DNA of 64,000 nucleotides from Rhizobiaceae bacterium (GTDB lineage Bacteria; Pseudomonadota; Alphaproteobacteria; Rhizobiales; Rhizobiaceae): NCBI GenBank assembly GCA_965247225.1, contig CBDFGT010000030.1, positions 17,456 to 81,455 of the forward strand, read 5' to 3'. Shown piece by piece: positions 58,132 to 64,000 of this stretch (position 1 is its first letter; each line of letters starts with the position of its first letter). The notes under the pieces were generated by a model. It saw only the letters and a program-made list of their open reading frames with translations, ran no database searches and was not told where the DNA came from. The position numbers and the translations under genes were made by a program.

Positions 58132-60186
58132 TTAGCTGTCCAGGAAGCTCCGCAGCTTGCGTGAACGGCTCGGGTGCTTGAGCTTGCGCAGGGCCTTGGC
58201 CTCGATCTGGCGGATACGTTCGCGCGTGACCGAGAACTGCTGGCCGACTTCTTCCAGCGTATGATCCGTGTTCATGCCGATGCCGAAACGCATGCGCAGC
58301 ACGCGCTCTTCGCGTGGTGTCAGCGAGGCCAGAACACGGGTTGTTGTTTCGCGCAGGTTTGCCTGAATGGCCGCATCAATCGGCAGAAGCGCATTCTTGT
58401 CCTCGATGAAATCACCCAGGTGCGAATCCTCCTCGTCACCCACAGGGGTTTCGAGGCTGATCGGCTCCTTGGCGATTTTCAGAACCTTGCGCACTTTTTC
58501 GAGCGGCATGGCCAGCTTCTCGGCCAGTTCTTCCGGTGTCGGCTCCCGGCCGATTTCATGCAGCATCTGGCGCGAGGTGCGCACGATCTTGTTGATCGTT
58601 TCAATCATATGCACCGGAATGCGGATCGTGCGGGCCTGATCGGCAATGGAGCGGGTAATCGCCTGCCGGATCCACCATGTGGCATAGGTGGAGAACTTGT
58701 AGCCGCGGCGATATTCAAACTTGTCCACCGCCTTCATCAGGCCGATATTGCCTTCCTGGATGAGATCAAGGAATTGCAGCCCGCGATTGGTATATTTCTT
58801 GGCAATGGAAATGACCAGACGCAGGTTGGCTTCCACCATTTCCTTCTTGGCAATGCGGGCTTCGCGCTCGCCCTTCTGCACCATGTGCACAATGCGGCGG
58901 AATTCCGAAATCGAAATGCCGGTTTCTGTGGCCAGATTCTGGATTTCGGAGCGCAGGTCGCGGATCATCGTGCCTTCGGCCCTGGCAAATTCCTTCCAGC
59001 CCTTGGCGGCCAGATTGGCAATCGATTTCATCCAGTTGGGATCAAGTTCCGCCCCGGAATACTGTTCCAGAAAGCTGTCGCGCTTCACACCATAGGATTC
59101 GGCCAGACGCAGCAAACGGCCTTCATTCTGCACCAGACGCTTGTTGATATCGTAAAGCTGCTCCACAAGGCTGTCGACGCGGTTCTGGTTGAGGGAAAGC
59201 GACTTCACAGCCGCAATCAGGGAATCTTTCAGTTCCTTGTAGCGTCGCTCCTGGGCAACCGACAGCGAACCTTCGGCCGCCAGACGCGATTCCACCTGCT
59301 GGTCCTGCAGCTTGCGCAGCTTCTTGTAGGATTCGGCAATCAGGTCGAGCGTTTCCATAACCTGCGGACGCAGCTCGGCTTCCATGGCAGCCAGCGAAAG
59401 GTTGGATTCGTCATCATCCTCTTCCTCTTCCTCGATGGGCAGGCCCTCGCCGCCGACATTGGTAATATCGTCTTCGCTGGTGCGGACGCGGCGGTTCTTT
59501 TCCTTTTCCTCGGCCAGCTTGCGGTCGGCCTCAATCTTTTCCGGGCTCTGGAACTGTGGTGCCGCCTTGGCTTCCGGACCGGAATAGGTGGTTTCCAGAT
59601 CAATGATTTCGCGCAGCAATGTCGCGCCTTCATTCAGTTCGTCACGCCAGATGATCAGCGCCTGAAAGGTCAAAGGGCTTTCGCACAGGCCGGCAATCAT
59701 GGTTTCGCGACCGGCCTCGATGCGCTTGGCAATGGCAATTTCGCCCTCGCGCGACAAGAGCTCCACGGATCCCATTTCGCGCAAATACATGCGCACCGGA
59801 TCATCGGTGCGATCCGTCGGTTCTTTCTTCCTGGCCGTTGCCAGAGCGGAGCCGGTGCGGCTTGCGGTCAGTTCACCGCCTTCGCCATCACTTTCGGATT
59901 CGCCGTCCTCTTCCTCAGCAGGGGCTGCCGTTTCTTCGGCTTCTTCGTCTTCAACAACATTGATGCCCATATCGGACAACATTGCCATCGTGTCTTCAAT
60001 CTGCTCGGAGGTCACTTCTTCCGAAGGCAAAACCGAATTCAGCTCGTCCATGGTCACATAGCCGCGCTTCTTGGCAGCCTTGATCATTTTCTTGACAGCG
60101 TCATCCGAAAGATCGAGAAGAGGACCGTCCGGCGCACCTTCACGTTCTGTTTCGGCTTCTTCGTTTTCTTTGACTTTGGTTGCCAT
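58132..60186 (-). CDS. rpoD: RNA polymerase primary sigma factor
   Basis: Acidic region 1, then '[27 protein letters not shown]' (region 2) and '[33 protein letters not shown]' (region 4). Confidence 0.97.
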   Translation of the reverse strand: MATKVKENEEAETEREGAPDGPLLDLSDDAVKKMIKAAKKRGYVTMDELNSVLPSEEVTSEQIEDTMAMLSDMGINVVEDEEAEETAAPAEEEDGESESDGEGGELTASRTGSALATARKKEPTDRTDDPVRMYLREMGSVELLSREGEIAIAKRIEAGRETMIAGLCESPLTFQALIIWRDELNEGATLLREIIDLETTYSGPEAKAAPQFQSPEKIEADRKLAEEKEKNRRVRTSEDDITNVGGEGLPIEEEEEDDDESNLSLAAMEAELRPQVMETLDLIAESYKKLRKLQDQQVESRLAAEGSLSVAQERRYKELKDSLIAAVKSLSLNQNRVDSLVEQLYDINKRLVQNEGRLLRLAESYGVKRDSFLEQYSGAELDPNWMKSIANLAAKGWKEFARAEGTMIRDLRSEIQNLATETGISISEFRRIVHMVQKGEREARIAKKEMVEANLRLVISIAKKYTNRGLQFLDLIQEGNIGLMKAVDKFEYRRGYKFSTYATWWIRQAITRSIADQARTIRIPVHMIETINKIVRTSRQMLHEIGREPTPEELAEKLAMPLEKVRKVLKIAKEPISLETPVGDEEDSHLGDFIEDKNALLPIDAAIQANLRETTTRVLASLTPREERVLRMRFGIGMNTDHTLEEVGQQFSVTRERIRQIEAKALRKLKHPSRSRKLRSFLDS

Positions 60187-60615
60187 ATATTCGTTACTTT
60201 CGCTTGCAGTCATTGCGTGTCATCAGGGCACCGGTTCGGAGATGTTTGCAAACAGATCCTGTGTTCACAAACGAATCATTTTCCGGAACAGATGGGCTCA
60301 CTGATACAGGCCTGACCTTTAATTCCCGCTTAACCAAATGAAGTTGCGAACGATTTTAGCCGCTCCAGTTCGTGTCATTCCGCAAAACTGTCGACAGGTA
60401 TTTTTCCACGACAATTCATAGCTCTTATTCGGAACAGGTGATTCCCGCATTTTTGACGCCCGTCAAGCGTTTCCGGCAAAAAACCGTCACAAACGTCGAA
60501 AAAGCTGCATTCAAGGCCGTAATCCTGCTTTTGGAACATGTCGTCTATGTAGGATGAAGGGGATACAAAACAAGGGTCACGTCCGGCACAAGTAATCCTG
60601 ACACACCGCTTCACT

Positions 60616-61650
60616 CTACCACTCCATCACCACCTTGCCGGAATTGCCAGACCGCATGGCCTCAAAACCGTCGCGGAAATCTTCAATGCCGATGCGGTGC
60701 GTGATGATGGGGGTGAGATCCAGCCCGCCCTGCACAAAGGCAATCATCTTGTACCAGGTCTCAAACATCTCGCGGCCATAAATGCCTTTCAGCGTCAGCA
60801 TCTTGAAGATCACCTTGTTCCAGTCGATGCCAAAGCCTTCAGGGGCAATGCCCAGAATGGCAATTTTCCCGCCATTGTTCATCGTGTCGATCATCGCGCG
60901 AAAGGCCGGCGGCGCACCGGACATTTCCAGCCCCACATCAAATCCCTCCATCATGCCGATCTGCTTCATCACATCGGCAAGGTTTTCCTTTGACGCATCG
61001 ACAACATGGTCGATGCCGCAGGTGCGGGCCAGATCCAGCCGCACCGGATTGATATCGGTAATCACCACCTTGCGCGCCCCTGCCCGCCTGGCAACCATCG
61101 CCCCCATGATGCCGATCGGTCCGGCACCCGTTACCAGAACATCCTCACCCACCAGATCAAACGACAGCGCCGTATGCACGGCATTGCCGAACGGATCGAA
61201 GATCGCGGCAATTTCATCCGGCACATCCTCCGGGATCGGCACAACATTGGCCTCCGGAATACACAGGAACTCGCCGAAAGAGCCGGGCCGGTTGACGCCC
61301 ACACCCAGCGTGTTGCGGCACAGATGCCCCCGGCCCGCCCGGCAATTGCGACACTTGCCGCAGACAATATGCCCCTCGCCCGACACCCGCTCGCCGACAT
61401 GATATCTGGTCACCGACGAGCCTGCCTGCGCAATCTCGCCGCAGAATTCATGACCGACCACCATGCCAACCGGAATAGTCTTTTCCGCCCATTTATCCCA
61501 GTTCCAGATATGCACATCGGTGCCGCAAATTGCCGATTTCTTCACCCGGATCAAAACATCGTTCGGGCCGGGCTCCGGCACCGGCACATGCTCCATCCAC
61601 AGCCCGGTTTCAGGGCGGGATTTCACCAGTGCTTTCATCATATTGGACAT
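60616..61650 (-). CDS. tdh: L-threonine 3-dehydrogenase
   Basis: Zn-ADH motifs 'GHEFCGEI' and '[15 protein letters not shown]', and '[13 protein letters not shown]'. Start is set at 61650; the listed N-terminal extension runs through a REP-like element. Confidence 0.9.
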   Translation of the reverse strand: MSNMMKALVKSRPETGLWMEHVPVPEPGPNDVLIRVKKSAICGTDVHIWNWDKWAEKTIPVGMVVGHEFCGEIAQAGSSVTRYHVGERVSGEGHIVCGKCRNCRAGRGHLCRNTLGVGVNRPGSFGEFLCIPEANVVPIPEDVPDEIAAIFDPFGNAVHTALSFDLVGEDVLVTGAGPIGIMGAMVARRAGARKVVITDINPVRLDLARTCGIDHVVDASKENLADVMKQIGMMEGFDVGLEMSGAPPAFRAMIDTMNNGGKIAILGIAPEGFGIDWNKVIFKMLTLKGIYGREMFETWYKMIAFVQGGLDLTPIITHRIGIEDFRDGFEAMRSGNSGKVVMEW

Positions 61651-61677
61651 ATCGAGACCCTTTTGTTTGGCGAACTT

Positions 61678-61725
61678 CCCCTTTTCCCCGTCTGGGAGAA
61701 GGTGGCGCGAAGCGCCGGAGAGGGG
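61678..61725. repeat. GC-rich REP-like hairpin element between kbl and tdh
   Basis: 'CCCCTTTTCCCCGTCTGGGAGAAGGTGGCGCGAAGCGCCGGAGAGGGG' with an internal GGCGC-GAA-GCGCC hairpin. Same compositional style as the arms at 33102..33276. Confidence 0.5.
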
Positions 61726-61734
61726 CATTGCAAA

Positions 61735-62925
61735 CTATGCAATCACACCCAGTTCCTTGCCCGTGGCCTCAAAGGCCGCAAGGGCCGCCTCAATATCGGC
61801 ACGGCTGTGGGCGGCAGACATCTGGGTGCGAATACGCGCCTGGCCTTTGGGGACCACCGGGAAGGAAAAGCCCACCACATAGACCCCGCGTTCCAGCATT
61901 CCGGCGGCGAATGCCTGCGCCAGTGCCGCATCCCCCAGCATCACCGGAATAATCGGATGACCATGGCCTGCCAGGGTAAACCCGAGCTTGCCCATTTGCG
62001 CACGGAAAAAATCAGCGTTTTCAAACAGGCGTTCGCGCAATGCATTGCCATTTTCGACAAGATCGAAAACCTTCAGGCTGGCAGCGGCAATGACAGGGGC
62101 AAGCGTATTGGAAAACAGATAGGGCCGTGAGCGCTGGCGCAGCCAGTCCACTACGGGTGCCTTGGCCGATGTATAGCCACCGGATGCACCGCCGAGAGCC
62201 TTGCCAAGCGTGCCGGTGATGATATCCACCCGTCCCTCGACGCCGCAATATTCCGCAGAGCCGCGCCCGTACTTGCCGACGAAGCCGACCGCGTGGCTGT
62301 CATCCACCATGACCATGGCCCCATATTTCTCAGCCAGATCACACACGCCGGACAGATTGGCAATGATCCCGTCCATGGAAAACACGCCATCGGTGGCAAT
62401 CATCCTGAACCGGCTGCCCCCGGCCTTTTTCAGCTCTTCCTCCAGAGCCGTCATGTCATTATTGGCATAGCGGAAGCGTTTTGCCTTCGACAGGCGCACA
62501 CCGTCAATGATGGACGCATGATTGAGCGCATCGGAAATAATCGCATCCTCCTCGCCCAGAAGCGTTTCAAACAGCCCGCCATTGGCATCAAAACACGAGG
62601 AATAGAGGATCGTATCCTCAAACCCCAGAAACGTCGAAATCCGCGCTTCCAGTTGTTTGTGTTCCTCCTGCGTGCCGCAGATAAAACGCACCGAGGCCAT
62701 GCCGTAGCCATAGCGGTCCAGCGCTTTTTTGGCAGATTCTGCAATCTCTTCATTATCGGCCAGCCCAAGATAATTGTTGGCGCAGAAATTCAGGACACGC
62801 TGGCCGGAAGCAATATCAATCATGGCGGATTGCCTGGAGGTGATAATCCGTTCCGACTTGTAGAGACCGGCAGATTTCAGCTCCTCAAGCGCGGACGAAA
62901 TGTGGGATAAAAAAGCGCTGGTCAT
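61735..62925 (-). CDS. kbl: 2-amino-3-ketobutyrate CoA ligase (glycine C-acetyltransferase)
   Basis: PLP alpha-oxoamine-synthase family: 'NYLGLA', 'DDSHAVGF', '[14 protein letters not shown]' (Lys). Start is set at ATG 62925. Confidence 0.9.
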   Translation of the reverse strand: MTSAFLSHISSALEELKSAGLYKSERIITSRQSAMIDIASGQRVLNFCANNYLGLADNEEIAESAKKALDRYGYGMASVRFICGTQEEHKQLEARISTFLGFEDTILYSSCFDANGGLFETLLGEEDAIISDALNHASIIDGVRLSKAKRFRYANNDMTALEEELKKAGGSRFRMIATDGVFSMDGIIANLSGVCDLAEKYGAMVMVDDSHAVGFVGKYGRGSAEYCGVEGRVDIITGTLGKALGGASGGYTSAKAPVVDWLRQRSRPYLFSNTLAPVIAAASLKVFDLVENGNALRERLFENADFFRAQMGKLGFTLAGHGHPIIPVMLGDAALAQAFAAGMLERGVYVVGFSFPVVPKGQARIRTQMSAAHSRADIEAALAAFEATGKELGVIA

Positions 62926-63049
62926 GCAAAAGCCCCGTGTGAAACAATCATCGCTTTCTAGCACGTCAAACGATGTCGGCCACCAAAAATGCGCGTCAGA
63001 ACATGCCGCTGATGTGCAATGCGCGATCAGACATGCCGCAGCGGGCTGT

Positions 63050-64000
63050 TCAGGGATGTGCCGGGCCCTTGACCCGCCCGGACATCACACCAAAACCGTC
63101 AATAATCGCCTCCTGGCTTTCCAGCCGTATCGCCTCATTGTGAACCTCCTGCAGGCTGCGCATCAGCTGTTCCATGCCTTCCTCATCGCCATCCTCCGTT
63201 GCCCGGGCAATATCGCGCTCCAGCTCCACGCGCTGGCGGCGCAGCGCCTTGGTCCGGTTGTGCAGCGCCAGCACCTGCCGGTAGCTCTCGCGTGCATCTT
63301 CAGGGGCCGCCTCTTCCGTTGCTGTCCACAGACGCGCATTGCGGATCTGCTGGTCCAGCAATTTCAGCATGGCCCCCAGATCCTGGGATTCCAGAGAGTC
63401 GATCAGCCCTTCGCGCGTCAGTCCCCGGCTGGCAGCCTGCGCTGTTCCGCCCAGCACCGCCGACCAGAAGCGTTGCAGATCCCTGTTTTCAAATTCCAGT
63501 GCAGAAATTGCGTCATAGTCTTCCAGAAGCAATTGCGGATGGTTGACAATGGTCAGGACCAGGACAGCCTCGCGCAGCGCCGGAAGCTCCACATGACCGC
63601 GCACCAGACCGGAGCGGGCCAGCCTGTCCGAAATACTGGTCACGCCGGTGCGCGTTTTCGGCGCAAACCTGCCACCGCCCTGTCCGCCTTCGCCGCGCTG
63701 GAATTTGCCCTGCCCGTAGCTGTTGCGCGGAGAGGCCCCCTGAAAGAATGTGTTCAGCCGGTCGCGCACGTCCTGACCGTAATGGCGGCGGACATTCTCA
63801 TCCGCAATCACCGCAATCACCTGTTTCAGCCGCGCTTCCAGCTCGGCCCGCTTTTCCGGCGTATCGAAGCCGCCACCGGCAATTTCCCTGGTCCACACCA
63901 TATCGGCCAGCGGACGCGCCTGCGCCATCACCGCATCAAACGGTGCACGCCCTTCATGCCGCACCATGTCGTCGGGATCCTTGCCATCCGGCAGCATGGC
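63050..64000 (-). CDS. dnaG: DNA primase, C-terminal part (5' end outside the window)
   Basis: The frame is open to the window edge. '[12 protein letters not shown]' (end of the TOPRIM region) is followed by a helical DnaB-interaction-type tail. Confidence 0.85.
   Translation of the reverse strand, partial: AMLPDGKDPDDMVRHEGRAPFDAVMAQARPLADMVWTREIAGGGFDTPEKRAELEARLKQVIAVIADENVRRHYGQDVRDRLNTFFQGASPRNSYGQGKFQRGEGGQGGGRFAPKTRTGVTSISDRLARSGLVRGHVELPALREAVLVLTIVNHPQLLLEDYDAISALEFENRDLQRFWSAVLGGTAQAASRGLTREGLIDSLESQDLGAMLKLLDQQIRNARLWTATEEAAPEDARESYRQVLALHNRTKALRRQRVELERDIARATEDGDEEGMEQLMRSLQEVHNEAIRLESQEAIIDGFGVMSGRVKGPAHP

Noticed and set aside
58174-60315. 713-aa ORF on the plus strand
   Set aside because: It is entirely antisense to rpoD, whose sigma-70 motifs are unmistakable. 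It is a typical long shadow ORF of GC-rich DNA and has an Arg/Gly/His-rich, low-complexity translation.
60214-60615. Small ORFs (61, 77 and 79 aa) in the 400-bp region upstream of rpoD
   Set aside because: They have no SD, no motifs and mutually overlapping frames. The region is more plausibly the rpoD promoter/leader.
61651-61728. 26-codon N-terminal extension of the tdh ORF ('[26 protein letters not shown]')
   Set aside because: It is a translation of the REP-like element. Tdh proteins start near 'M(S)NMMKALVK'.
60616-62925. kbl-tdh as an insertion splitting the dnaG-rpoD pair
   Set aside because: From memory the same dnaG-kbl-tdh-rpoD order exists in other Rhizobiaceae. Composition also matches the flanks. 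It is treated as ancestral synteny, not an island.

Overview
GC-rich, almost fully coding chromosomal window. It looks alphaproteobacterial and Rhizobiales-like; that is an inference from dnaG-kbl-tdh-rpoD synteny, a BP26/SIMPL gene and GC-rich REP-type hairpin elements.

Layout, left to right:
(1) 1.6-12.0 kb: a catabolic/uptake cluster for a basic or guanidino amino-acid derivative. It holds an aminotransferase, TetR, a DDAH-fold hydrolase, a polar-amino-acid ABC importer, an M20 amidohydrolase, an FAD oxidase and an ALDH7-type dehydrogenase.
(2) 11.9-12.9 kb: a 774-bp toxin-antitoxin cassette bracketed by 80-bp direct repeats that duplicate the 3' end of the ALDH gene. The toxin carries an in-frame TGA.
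(3) 14.3-37.1 kb: a one-locus methylated-amine pathway (purU, regulator, permease, tdm, tmm, dmmDABC, gmaS, mgsABC, mgdABCD). Six disruptive lesions are concentrated in dmmC, dmmD, gmaS and mgsB.
(4) 37.1-40.5 kb: a low-GC islet. It carries a short ORF absent from the supplied track (33/34 codons, strong SD), followed by a SagB/ThcOx-type nitroreductase-fold dehydrogenase with an RRE-like N-terminus and a GST. An XRE regulator and a small acidic ORF sit alongside. This is my best candidate for an undescribed peptide-modification module.
(5) 40.7-48.0 kb: a LacI-controlled sugar locus with a perfect 16-bp operator.
(6) 48.2-52.5 kb: an RND efflux pair.
(7) 52.7-64.0 kb: a GGDEF-EAL protein, tRNA(CAU), BP26/SIMPL, two paralogous secreted Cys-bracketed proteins, a deaminase, rpoD, tdh, kbl and the dnaG 3' part.

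No CRISPR, rRNA, transposase or integrase was seen. All family assignments come from motif recognition by eye; no database search was run.
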